Part shown: positions 14,996 to 24,068 of the stretch, one piece after another
Position numbering within the stretch: position 1 is the first letter of the stretch
How the letters are laid out: each line of letters begins with the position of its first letter
From: a virus
Lineage: Duplodnaviria; Caudoviricetes
Length of the DNA stretch: 27,354 nucleotides
Reading direction: 5' to 3' (one strand)
IMG/VR virus record: IMGVR_UViG_3300031689_000043
Span: 1-27,354 of that record
Made by a program: the position numbers and the translations under genes
The notes under the pieces: model-generated
What the model was told of the DNA's origin: nothing
The model's database searches: none
The model's input: the letters and a program-made list of their open reading frames with translations, nothing else

Positions 14996-16843
14996 ATGGC
15001 AATAACAAAAGTAACGACACCTGTAACTGGTTTTGAATCAGCTGTAGATATAGGTTTAAAAATACCTGTAGGAACTAATTCTAATTTACCTACTGGATTA
15101 GAAGGTATGATTAGAAATGACACTGATGAAAACAGTGGTGGCAGTGGATCTACTACAGCTATAACGCATTACAATGGAAGTATTTGGAGATATTTTAGCT
15201 CTACGATTTCCACTACACCTTTAGAAAACTTTAATCCTGTTATTTGGAATGGTAATTCTACTACTGGAACAGATATTGATTGCGGATTTGCTCCAGATTT
15301 AGTTTGGATAAAGAAAAGAAGCGGAGGTGTTGCGAGGAACCATAGATTATTCGATACTATTAGAGGTGAAGGAGAGAGGATTTTCTCTGACCTTGCTAAC
15401 GCGCAAAGCTCTAGTAGTGACGAGATGACCGCTTTTTTAGATGATGGTTTTACTTTAGGAAATAGTGACGCTACAAACGGAAGTACATCATCTGCAGAAT
15501 ATGTTGCTTGGTGTTTTAAAGCGGGCGGATTAACAAATAAAGCTGCCGATTTTAATGGAAGTAGTAGCAAGATAACTTTATCATCTTCTTTTACTAGCGC
15601 TTTAGATGTATCTACTAAAACTATTTCGACGTGGGTAAATGCAGACAATGTATCTAGCGGGTATGGTATGGCCTTCTCTATGAATGCCACATCTTTAAGT
15701 TACGGTAGGGTTATTTTTCAATTACAAAATTCAAATAAAGAACTTACTTTCCTTATAGGTAATTCCTCACCTTATATTACAACTACTTTAGTTCCAAACA
15801 CTTGGTATCATATAGCTGTGTCATTAAATGGAAGTTCTTTTGAGTGTTTTGTAAACGGAACGTCAGTAGGTACTGGCACTAATAATAACTATAGCGATTC
15901 AAGTGGTGACACAACGATAGGAGCTTACAATGTTAGTGGTAATCCCTATAATTGGACTGGTAAAATAGGTCAAGTAAGATTTTTTAATAGCGCTCTATCG
16001 GCGTCTCAAGTAACTGAATTGTACAACGAAACAGCAGCGGATAACAGCGTTTTAAATTATCCAACTGGTGCTGGTTGTATTGCTGCTTATCCTTTAGGTG
16101 AAAATGCAAACGGCTTAGATGGTCTTTATAATGGAACTGCTTCAAACGTAACTTTTGGTAAACCTGGTTATTTAACTAGAAATAACAATGGAACAATTGA
16201 AAGTACTGTAAGCGTTAATGATACTATAGGGTTTAGTATTGTTAGTTACATTGGGGTTGGAGGAAGCCTCAAGACCATAGGGCATGGATTAGATGCGGCT
16301 CCTGAAATGATTATTGTAAAAAGTACTTCTAACAGCGATCAGTGGTGGGTGTGGCATAAAGATTTAACTAGTATAGACTACTATCTAATATTAAGCGGCA
16401 TAAACCCGGAGACTTATTATGCAAATAATGAAGGTTTATTTGGTAGAACGTTACCAACTAGCACTGTGTTTAGTGTTGGATACGCCAGCGAAACCAACGG
16501 ATCCGGAAGGCAATACATATCTTATTGCTTCACGTCTAAACCTGGGTTTAGTAAAGTAGGCAATTATACTGGTAATGGAGGTAATAATCCGGTAGATATT
16601 GGATTTGAACCTGCGTTTGTTATGATAAAAAATACTACATCAAATGCTTCTTGGGCTATGTTTGACAACAAAAGAACAACAGCTAACCCCTCAACTTCTG
16701 CTTTATTCGCTAATGAATCTGTTATGGAAGATGATCTTCAACTTTATTTCGAGTTCACATCTACAGGCTTTAAAAATTTACAATCAAGCACAACATTAAA
16801 TGCCAATGGAAGTAAATACATATACTTAGCATTTGCAAAATAA
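14996..16843 (+). CDS. LamG/concanavalin-like domain tail protein (615 aa)
   Basis: LamG motifs TISTWVN, NTWYHIAV, FVNGT, IGQVRFFNSALSASQVTELY, embedded in a PDLVWIK...YIYLAFA phage structural domain. Confidence 0.82.
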   Translation: MAITKVTTPVTGFESAVDIGLKIPVGTNSNLPTGLEGMIRNDTDENSGGSGSTTAITHYNGSIWRYFSSTISTTPLENFNPVIWNGNSTTGTDIDCGFAPDLVWIKKRSGGVARNHRLFDTIRGEGERIFSDLANAQSSSSDEMTAFLDDGFTLGNSDATNGSTSSAEYVAWCFKAGGLTNKAADFNGSSSKITLSSSFTSALDVSTKTISTWVNADNVSSGYGMAFSMNATSLSYGRVIFQLQNSNKELTFLIGNSSPYITTTLVPNTWYHIAVSLNGSSFECFVNGTSVGTGTNNNYSDSSGDTTIGAYNVSGNPYNWTGKIGQVRFFNSALSASQVTELYNETAADNSVLNYPTGAGCIAAYPLGENANGLDGLYNGTASNVTFGKPGYLTRNNNGTIESTVSVNDTIGFSIVSYIGVGGSLKTIGHGLDAAPEMIIVKSTSNSDQWWVWHKDLTSIDYYLILSGINPETYYANNEGLFGRTLPTSTVFSVGYASETNGSGRQYISYCFTSKPGFSKVGNYTGNGGNNPVDIGFEPAFVMIKNTTSNASWAMFDNKRTTANPSTSALFANESVMEDDLQLYFEFTSTGFKNLQSSTTLNANGSKYIYLAFAK

Positions 16844-16852
16844 TAACGTAAC

Positions 16853-17758
16853 ATGGCAATAACAAAAATTACAACACCCGAGTTATTTAACTTACAGTCT
16901 AATAACACTGAAGGTACACGACTACCTGTCATGACAACAACACAAAGAAACGCTATGACTAGTATGTCTAATGGCGAATTAATATTTAACTCTACAACGG
17001 ACTCTGTAGAATACTATGACACAGGCGTCCCTACTTGGTATAAGATAACCTCTGAAGCTGCGGTTGATATAGAATTAAGATCATTCTTAAACGCTAGCAA
17101 TGCAGCTTCGTACGATGGATCACAAGGGACTGTATGGACGGATTTAACCACTAATTCAAACAATGGAACTTTAACAAATATGAACGCTTCTAATTGGAAT
17201 TCAAGTGGTTACTTTGATTTCAACGGAAGTAATGAGTATGTAGTGATGGCATATCAATCAAGTTTGACTAATGTTAATTTTTCTAATAATTTTTCTTATT
17301 CTTTGTGGTTCAACGCAGATTCTTTTACTAATAACGCTCTACCAACTTTGTTTAGTGCTTTTGGAACACACTATACTTATACGGCATTAACAGCCGCAGG
17401 GAAGTTAAGAACAACTGTTTACTCAACTTCAGCCGTACAAGTAGACGAAATTAGCACAACTACACTGTCAACAGGCGTTTGGTATAATGCAACTATTACA
17501 AAATCTGATAGTAGTGGAGCAAATCCAGGACTTACTGTATATCTATATGGACCTAGCGGTTTGCTAGAAACTATGACAAAATCCTACGCAACTCAACCAA
17601 ACTACGTAACAAATGCGTATACCGCTTGGGGTGCTTATAATAGTTCAACTTCTTGGAATTACTATTTTAATGGGCAAATGGCTCAAACAAGAATTTACAG
17701 TAAAGTTTTAACATCCGCAGAAGCAACAGCTATTTTTAATAAAGGTAAAGGCTTTTGA
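16853..17758 (+). CDS. LamG/concanavalin-like domain tail protein (301 aa)
   Basis: WTDLT..NNGTL, FDFNGSNEY, SYSLWF, GVWYN, RIYSKVLT; MAITKI N-terminus. Confidence 0.82.
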   Translation: MAITKITTPELFNLQSNNTEGTRLPVMTTTQRNAMTSMSNGELIFNSTTDSVEYYDTGVPTWYKITSEAAVDIELRSFLNASNAASYDGSQGTVWTDLTTNSNNGTLTNMNASNWNSSGYFDFNGSNEYVVMAYQSSLTNVNFSNNFSYSLWFNADSFTNNALPTLFSAFGTHYTYTALTAAGKLRTTVYSTSAVQVDEISTTTLSTGVWYNATITKSDSSGANPGLTVYLYGPSGLLETMTKSYATQPNYVTNAYTAWGAYNSSTSWNYYFNGQMAQTRIYSKVLTSAEATAIFNKGKGF

Positions 17759-17868
17759 TATAAAAACTGGAAATTTAACAAAAAACAAGTGATAATATAA
17801 AACATAGTTAATGGTTTACTAGCTATGATTAAACCAAAAGTGTAAACCAACCAATAAAACCAAAACCA

Positions 17869-18159
17869 ATGACGTTTTTTTACCAGACTCAATCGTGGAA
17901 TAGTCAACCGCAAGTAACCGAAGAAACCGTAGAACTATGGAAACATTTATCTGAAAAATCAAACTGGAGGATAGTGCAACTAGCAAACGGGTTTTATCAA
18001 ACCGAACACCAAGATGTTAAAGAAAAAGACACTTGGCACGACGTTACCAGAAGAGAAACAATTGAAGGCGCTGAAAAAGCAATAGACTCTTCAGTTGAGC
18101 ATTTTAAAAGAAAAACTGCTTTCTTAGACGGACCAAAAGTCGTTAAAACCTTTAAGTAA
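17869..18159 (+). CDS. hypothetical protein (96 aa)
   Basis: ORF track; directly upstream of groEL. Confidence 0.75.
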   Translation: MTFFYQTQSWNSQPQVTEETVELWKHLSEKSNWRIVQLANGFYQTEHQDVKEKDTWHDVTRRETIEGAEKAIDSSVEHFKRKTAFLDGPKVVKTFK

Positions 18160-18188
18160 AAAGTAAATCTAATCTAATTTAATTAAAT

Positions 18189-19745
18189 ATGTCAGACTTA
18201 ATAGTCAAGAACCTTAATTTTGGGCAAGAAGCTCAGGATAAAGTATTTGAAGGAATAAACAAACTCACAAAAGCCGTTAGCTCTACATTAGGCGCTAGCG
18301 GTAAATGTGTACTGCTAGAGGATGGTTCAGGTAATCCGCTAATCACTAAAGACGGTGTAACAGTTGCTGATAGCATAGTGCTATTAGATCCAGTAGAAAA
18401 TATGGGTGCTACGCTTTTAAAAGAAGCAGCACGTAAAACGGTAAGAGAAGCTGGTGATGGTACAACTACCGCAACAGTTTTAGCTTATGCCGTACTAAAG
18501 GAAGCTCAGAGAGTTCAAGCTGATATAAGTTCTAGAGACTTAAAAAACGGTATCGAAAAAGCTACTGAAAAAGTAATAGCATACCTAGAAAAGAATAGTA
18601 CTAGTGTTCAAGGTGACATGATTGATCAGATCGCCACTATATCTACTAATAATGATCCTTATTTAGGTAAAGTTATTGGTGATGCATTTAGAGCAGTAGG
18701 AGACACTGGTGTAGTCATGATGGAGCAGTCAGCTGAGGCTGATACAGTTGTTGAGATAGTTGATGGAGTTCAATACGATAAAGGTATGACTAATCAGCAT
18801 TTCATTACTGATCACGTTAAGAAAACGGCAGAATTAAAAGATGCTGCAGTACTTCTTATTGAATCACCTGTAGAAAACGTAAGACAAATACAGTCTGTTT
18901 TAGAACATGTTATTAAAAATGACAAACCTTTATTAATTATTGCAGACGTGGAACCAGCAGTTGCTTCTACGCTCGCCATGAACAAGACTAAAGGTAATAT
19001 AAAAGTAAACATTATTAACGCACCTACTTTTGGTATCAATAAAAGAGAAATACTAGATGATCTAGCTTTATTAACAGGAGCAACTGTTATTAATGAAGAT
19101 CTTGGTGATGATATGGATTTAATTCAACCCGAGCTTCTAGGTAATTGTATTAGATCAGTTACAACTGAAAAAGATACTATTATACAGGTTCAGGATTCAT
19201 CAGAAGAAGTATTAAAGATCATAGAGCAGATTAAAAAAGATTTATCAACTACACAAAACCCAGGAGCGGTAATACGCTTAGAAAGAAGATTAGCTAGATT
19301 ATCAGCTAAGATTGCAGTGGTAAAGGTTGGTGCTAATTCTGATATAGAGTTAAAAGAAAAAACAGATAGAGTAGAAGATGCTATATGCGCTACTAAAGCT
19401 GCGATTAAAGAGGGTATTGTTCCAGGAGGCGGAATTGCACTATTAAATGCTTCACAAAACATAGTTGCTAAATCAACTGGGGAAGAAGTATTACTAGAAG
19501 CTGTTAGAGCGCCTTTTAAGACAATATTAGATAACGCTGGTATATTAGAATATGAATTACCAAAGAGTAAAGGTAGAGGTCTTAATGTGGTTACAGGTAA
19601 TATGGTAAATATGATTAAGCAAGGAATTATAGATCCTCTATTAGTTACCAAAAGTGCACTTCGTAACGCAGCTTCCGTAGCTACTACAATATTATCAACT
19701 GATTGTGTAATCAATAATTTAAGAATTGATGAAAGCAATAGGTAA
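18189..19745 (+). CDS. groEL: phage chaperonin GroEL (Cpn60)
   Basis: ITKDGVTVA, AGDGTTTATVLA, ERRLARLS, VEDAICATKAAIKEGIVPGGG, GIIDP; no C-terminal GGM tail. Confidence 0.97.
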   Translation: MSDLIVKNLNFGQEAQDKVFEGINKLTKAVSSTLGASGKCVLLEDGSGNPLITKDGVTVADSIVLLDPVENMGATLLKEAARKTVREAGDGTTTATVLAYAVLKEAQRVQADISSRDLKNGIEKATEKVIAYLEKNSTSVQGDMIDQIATISTNNDPYLGKVIGDAFRAVGDTGVVMMEQSAEADTVVEIVDGVQYDKGMTNQHFITDHVKKTAELKDAAVLLIESPVENVRQIQSVLEHVIKNDKPLLIIADVEPAVASTLAMNKTKGNIKVNIINAPTFGINKREILDDLALLTGATVINEDLGDDMDLIQPELLGNCIRSVTTEKDTIIQVQDSSEEVLKIIEQIKKDLSTTQNPGAVIRLERRLARLSAKIAVVKVGANSDIELKEKTDRVEDAICATKAAIKEGIVPGGGIALLNASQNIVAKSTGEEVLLEAVRAPFKTILDNAGILEYELPKSKGRGLNVVTGNMVNMIKQGIIDPLLVTKSALRNAASVATTILSTDCVINNLRIDESNR

Positions 19746-19989
19746 CAACGTAGTGATTGTGCCTGTTAAAATAACAGGTGACAAAACTAAAGGTGGTTTG
19801 CTTTTAGTTAAAAAAGATAGAGAAGACATAAGATACGTTAAAGCTGTTATATATTCAGTAAGCGACGAGATTAGTGCTTTGAATAAAGGTGACGAGATCT
19901 ATTACGATAGACATGCTGGTCATTCTATAGAATTTGATAAAGAACAATATACTGTTATTAAGATACAGGACATTGTTGTTGTTTTGTGA
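19729..19989 (+). CDS. groES: co-chaperonin GroES (Cpn10)
   Basis: MKAIGNNVVI, mobile loop KTKGGLLL, GDEIYY, DIVVVL; overlaps the 3' end of groEL. Confidence 0.93.
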   Translation: MKAIGNNVVIVPVKITGDKTKGGLLLVKKDREDIRYVKAVIYSVSDEISALNKGDEIYYDRHAGHSIEFDKEQYTVIKIQDIVVVL

Positions 19990-20429
19990 GAAAGTTAAAT
20001 GCAGGTGACATTAGGGACTTAAACCTATTAAAGCATTATAGAGTAGTAAGAAAATGGGCGTGTAGAAATAACAATTTAAACGATGCTGATTTAGAACTAC
20101 TTATATATTTTGACTGCATGGGATTTTTCACTAAACAAGATTTTAAAATCGGTACCTATGCTTACAGTTGGGACAATAGACGCTGGAACAAGTTAGTTAA
20201 AGATGGATGGGTTGTAGTTTTTAGAAATAGAAACAGAACTACTCAGAAATACAACATATACAAAGTTTCTTTAAAGTGTAAACAACTAATAGCAAGAATG
20301 TATCGTATTATGCTTGGAGATGAAGACATCCCAACTAGTTCAAGAAATAACATAATGTTAGGTAAAACTTACACAGATAAAGTTCTTATAACTGCAATTA
20401 AAAACGTAAACAACGACAAAAATAGATAA
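19986..20429 (+). CDS. hypothetical protein, possible winged-helix DNA-binding fold (147 aa)
   Basis: GTG start overlapping the groES stop; LNDADLELLIY...LVKDGWV...YKVSLK pattern is reminiscent of MarR-type wHTH (inference). Confidence 0.65.
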   Translation: MRKLNAGDIRDLNLLKHYRVVRKWACRNNNLNDADLELLIYFDCMGFFTKQDFKIGTYAYSWDNRRWNKLVKDGWVVVFRNRNRTTQKYNIYKVSLKCKQLIARMYRIMLGDEDIPTSSRNNIMLGKTYTDKVLITAIKNVNNDKNR

Positions 20430-20430
20430 T

Positions 20431-21426
20431 ATGCAATCAAAGTCACCATTTAAAAAAGTAGATATATTTGACGGAAGAGCATCTTCTTATAGAAATCCAT
20501 CTACAGTTATACAGCCAATAGTGGGTGCTATAGTAGGCAAGCAGATAGCTAAAACCGCTAGCGAATTAGGCACTAAAGCTATTACCACATCTATGAATAA
20601 AGATCAGAGAGCAGCTGAAGCTGCTGCTGGTGATTTAAAGCATCAACGAGCTATGGAGATTAAATGGGGTAAAGGTAATACTGGTCCAGCTAAAAAACCT
20701 GCAACGCATGCAGAAAATATGGCAAAATATAACTTAAAAAGCTATAAAGATACTAAAGTTGATGAATTCATGGATACTGATTATTCAACCCAGAAAAAAG
20801 AAGGAGGTGGTACAAATAATAGTAATAGTGGGAATAATCCGAAATTAGGTGATAATTTTTACCATTTATTTAAAGCTCAACAAGCAGAAGCCAGCGGGAT
20901 TCAAGACAGAAAAAAAGGTTCAGTTAAACCTAATTTTCAATTTGAGGATTCACAAGGAAACTCACCTTTTTATCACAATGAAAGTGCTGTAGGTTCAATT
21001 GCTGGGGCACAACCTCAAAGTCAATCTGCTATGTCAATAGCTGGAAGCATGCTAGGAGGAAAATCAATGGCGGAAATAAAAGCTATAGGACAAAAACCAA
21101 CTGATTCTGCACAAGGCGGTGGTGGTGTATTTGGAGCCGCAGCTCAAGCAGCTGGTGGATTAATGGATAAGTATGGATTAAGAGGAAAAGAAGCAACTCA
21201 AGAATCATTACCTCCACCAAATCAAGTTGCTGAATCTGGATCTTACGCAGGCACCGGAGAAAGAATGCTAGAAATGGATTCAAATCCTGTTGGCAATCAA
21301 TCAATAGGAAGAGACACTGACGTAGCCTCACAATTATTTGGAAGCGGTCAAAGAGCATCTATGCTAGCTATGAAGGGAACACCCTTACATATTGAAGATC
21401 AAGAAATGGACGAATTAGATAATTAA
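20431..21426 (+). CDS. low-complexity protein, possible internal virion protein (331 aa)
   Basis: ORF track; G/S/A/Q-rich; SPF motifs. Confidence 0.75.
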   Translation: MQSKSPFKKVDIFDGRASSYRNPSTVIQPIVGAIVGKQIAKTASELGTKAITTSMNKDQRAAEAAAGDLKHQRAMEIKWGKGNTGPAKKPATHAENMAKYNLKSYKDTKVDEFMDTDYSTQKKEGGGTNNSNSGNNPKLGDNFYHLFKAQQAEASGIQDRKKGSVKPNFQFEDSQGNSPFYHNESAVGSIAGAQPQSQSAMSIAGSMLGGKSMAEIKAIGQKPTDSAQGGGGVFGAAAQAAGGLMDKYGLRGKEATQESLPPPNQVAESGSYAGTGERMLEMDSNPVGNQSIGRDTDVASQLFGSGQRASMLAMKGTPLHIEDQEMDELDN

Positions 21427-21435
21427 AATAAAAAT

Positions 21436-21636
21436 ATGAAATCACCATTTTACAAAAAAGGTTTTCCTGAAATAAAAAAGAAAAACCAAGGTAAATTTAC
21501 TAAGTGGGCTAAATCAAATGGCTTTGATGATGCCTGCAGTGCTGCTTCTGCAGTTATGAGTGCTGGTGAAGATAAATATAGTCCTAGCGTTAGAAAAATG
21601 GCTAATTATGCTAACAACTTTGGTTGTAAAAAATAA
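21436..21636 (+). CDS. small basic protein (66 aa, KKNQGKFTKWA...KMANYANNF)
   Basis: ORF track; A-rich leader. Confidence 0.75.
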   Translation: MKSPFYKKGFPEIKKKNQGKFTKWAKSNGFDDACSAASAVMSAGEDKYSPSVRKMANYANNFGCKK

Positions 21637-21640
21637 AACT

Positions 21641-21757
21641 ATGGATGCTAAAAAACTAAAACAAATATCAGCTGAATTAAAAAAAGCTTCTGCACTACAT
21701 AAAGGACAAGCAGTTAAGATTGATAAAATGTTAAAATCAATAAAAACAAAAAAATAA
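21641..21757 (+). CDS. small basic protein (38 aa, MDAKKLKQISAELKK...)
   Basis: ORF track gives 21560-21757; the ATG at 21641 follows the upstream stop and is preferred. Confidence 0.6.
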   Translation: MDAKKLKQISAELKKASALHKGQAVKIDKMLKSIKTKK

Positions 21758-21761
21758 AATT

Positions 21762-21983
21762 ATGCACAACGACAAAGCACATCAAAAAGCAGACAAAGGT
21801 TCTAGTGGAGTAGTAGGTGAATCAGCAATATGGGACGGACCGTTAGACCAAACAGGTCGTTTACATGGATCTGGATCTAGCTCTGGTATTACAGGTATGC
21901 AGGTTTTAAAAGCCCCTACAATGTACAAAGCTGGACCAATAACTCAGATCGCTAAAGGTGATGCTGGATTAGGAATGAACTAA
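21762..21983 (+). CDS. hypothetical protein (73 aa)
   Basis: ORF track; tight packing. Confidence 0.7.
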   Translation: MHNDKAHQKADKGSSGVVGESAIWDGPLDQTGRLHGSGSSSGITGMQVLKAPTMYKAGPITQIAKGDAGLGMN

Positions 21984-21987
21984 AAAA

Positions 21988-22140
21988 ATGAATCATTTGG
22001 ATTTTAAAGTATTAGGAACTAATGCTATAGCGTTGGGATTGAGTATGACACACATAGAAGTAGGTCTAAAGGTTATTTTATTACTTATAAGTATAGGGTA
22101 TACAATAGCTAAATGGGTAAAACTTAAAGAAAAGAAGTAA
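21988..22140 (+). CDS. small membrane protein, holin-like (50 aa)
   Basis: Manual translation MNHLDFKVLGTNAIALGLSMTHIEVGLKVILLLISIGYTIAKWVKLKEKK; hydrophobic helix with a basic tail. Confidence 0.65.
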   Translation: MNHLDFKVLGTNAIALGLSMTHIEVGLKVILLLISIGYTIAKWVKLKEKK

Positions 22141-22150
22141 TAATCATAAT

Positions 22151-22429
22151 ATGGCTTATATACAATATAACTCGCCTTTAGCTAAAGTAAGAAAAACTAC
22201 TAAAGGGAAAGGTAGAAACTTCAGAACAACTGAAGAGGGCGCTGGCATGACTAGCAAAGGAGTTAAAAAATATAAAGCACAAAATCCAGGTAGTAAGTTA
22301 AAAACTGCTGTTACTGGAGATGTAAAACCAGGGAGCAAAGACGCTAAACGTCGTAAATCTTTCTGTGCTAGATCAAAAGGTTGGACCGGAGAAAGAGGTA
22401 AAGCCGCTAGAAGAAGATGGAAATGCTAA
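22151..22429 (+). CDS. basic phage protein with an RRKSFCAR motif (92 aa)
   Basis: NPGSKLKTAV...RRKSFCARSKG...RRRWKC, a motif widespread in phage small basic proteins. Confidence 0.8.
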   Translation: MAYIQYNSPLAKVRKTTKGKGRNFRTTEEGAGMTSKGVKKYKAQNPGSKLKTAVTGDVKPGSKDAKRRKSFCARSKGWTGERGKAARRRWKC

Positions 22430-22450
22430 ACAAACATAAATACTAAAACA

Positions 22451-23170
22451 ATGGAAAAAGGACACTTCGGTCAATATACCGGAAATGCAAGACACTCAAG
22501 AAAAGAAGAAATGATTCACGATCGTGAACTAATCTATGATGCTAAAAAACAATTGCATGATGCTGATAAAGATTATAAAAAAGATTCACCTTTTGAAAAA
22601 GCTTTAGTAGGTGATCAAGATCAATTACCTCAACATCTACAAAAAGCTATATCTGATTCTCCTGCAGAACTCCATGGAGGAATCCACACGACGCCCCCAG
22701 GTCGCTCTACAAGCCGTGTTAATTTAGAACCAGAAACCCTAACTTCAGTACCTAAAATAAGTACAGGAATGGGTAGTGGTAACAAAGTGAATGCTAATGC
22801 GGAAACCAAGAAACCACAAGCTTTTGGAATGATTACGATTGGAGATAAACCAGCTTCTCTTAAGGGATCTTATGGCGTTTCTGAAGCTTCTACTGGTGGA
22901 CTTGGACTTACTGGCGGTAGCGGTAGATCAAATCCAATGACAAGTGCTAGAACAGCATCAGCGTCAACTGAATCTAATTCAACTTCATCTTATACTACTT
23001 TAGGACAAAATAGAAGAGAAAAAAGACTAGGTAAAGCAGAAAGAAAAGCTGATCTTAAAAAATCTCAAGGTAAATTGGTTGCTACTAATAGACTTGAGAA
23101 AAAAGCAAGTAGAATAAAAAACAGAGCATACGTAAAAGGAGACAAAGGAGCTACAAATCAATATAAATAA
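22451..23170 (+). CDS. low-complexity basic protein (239 aa)
   Basis: ORF track; SP motifs; KALVGDQDQLP segment. Confidence 0.75.
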   Translation: MEKGHFGQYTGNARHSRKEEMIHDRELIYDAKKQLHDADKDYKKDSPFEKALVGDQDQLPQHLQKAISDSPAELHGGIHTTPPGRSTSRVNLEPETLTSVPKISTGMGSGNKVNANAETKKPQAFGMITIGDKPASLKGSYGVSEASTGGLGLTGGSGRSNPMTSARTASASTESNSTSSYTTLGQNRREKRLGKAERKADLKKSQGKLVATNRLEKKASRIKNRAYVKGDKGATNQYK

Positions 23171-23190
23171 ACCAACTAAAAAATAAAATT

Positions 23191-23433
23191 ATGTATAAAG
23201 ACAAAACTCCAGTAAAAAACCTAAACAAAGGTTACGGACAAGAATCTTCATCTCAAGAAAAGAAAAACTTAATGAGTGACAATCCTATAGCTTCACACGC
23301 TAGCGGAGGTTCATTTATGTCTAAGCATTCTAATTCATCTCCATTATCTATGTATGGGAAAAAAGAATCACCCGCTGCTATGTATGGTGGTAAAAAAGGT
23401 GATGACAGTAAGTCTAAAAAAGATTACGAATAA
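23191..23433 (+). CDS. low-complexity protein (80 aa)
   Basis: ORF track; tandem SPxxMYG repeats. Confidence 0.72.
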   Translation: MYKDKTPVKNLNKGYGQESSSQEKKNLMSDNPIASHASGGSFMSKHSNSSPLSMYGKKESPAAMYGGKKGDDSKSKKDYE

Positions 23434-23462
23434 AAACAGATTAGGACTGTCTAAAACCTAGC

Positions 23463-23504
23463 CAACAAACAACAAACAACAAACAACAAACAACAAACAA
23501 CAAA
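23463..23504 (+). repeat. tandem repeat (CAACAAA)x6
   Basis: Six perfect heptamers ending 4 nt before the ATG at 23509. Confidence 0.95.
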
Positions 23505-23508
23505 CACA

Positions 23509-23907
23509 ATGGCAAAATTCATCAAATTTAACATTACGCTTACAGGCGCTACTCAACCAGCTGCCCCGATTTCACCGCTCTTGATAAACGTAGAAGACAT
23601 CACAACAGTTGCTGGAGCAGGAGCAGCAGGAGCTCAATCTAGTGTAATTATTGGACTTACTGGTAGAAACACTATCGCTGGTTACACATCTTTAACTCTT
23701 CAACCTTCAACTAGTCAATCTGCTTTAGTAGCTCCAGCATTTGTAGACGGACAAAGAAATCCTTTAGAAGACGCAGTATATTCAGCTATGACAGCAAATC
23801 CAGGTGGCGTAGTAACTACTTGTTCTTTAGGTAATGACCAAGCAGCTGCTACAGTAGCACTTCCAAATGGAGCTCAAATGTTCTGGGGAACAGCTACTTT
23901 TGCATAA
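23509..23907 (+). CDS. putative structural protein (132 aa)
   Basis: A/T/G-rich, beta-type composition; MAKFIKF start. Confidence 0.72.
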   Translation: MAKFIKFNITLTGATQPAAPISPLLINVEDITTVAGAGAAGAQSSVIIGLTGRNTIAGYTSLTLQPSTSQSALVAPAFVDGQRNPLEDAVYSAMTANPGGVVTTCSLGNDQAAATVALPNGAQMFWGTATFA

Positions 23908-24065
23908 TGAGCAAATCAAAAGGTTTCGGTGATAGCGTAGAGAAATTTACAGAAGCAACTGGAATCAAAACCTTCGTTGACAAAGTATCACAGGGATTAA
24001 ATATTCCCTGTGGTTGTCAACAAAGAAAAGAAACTTTAAATAAAGTTTTTCCTTATAAACAATAA
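23907..24065 (+). CDS. small phage protein with GxGD...TGIK...CGC..RK..LN motif (52 aa)
   Basis: Manual translation MSKSKGFGDSVEKFTEATGIKTFVDKVSQGLNIPCGCQQRKETLNKVFPYKQ; TAATG overlap with the upstream gene. Confidence 0.8.
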   Translation: MSKSKGFGDSVEKFTEATGIKTFVDKVSQGLNIPCGCQQRKETLNKVFPYKQ

Positions 24066-24068
24066 TTT

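Noticed and set aside
5650-17758. Diversity-generating retroelement or invertible tail-fibre cassette
   Set aside because: No reverse transcriptase, adenine-variant template repeat, invertase or oppositely oriented cassette was found in the window.
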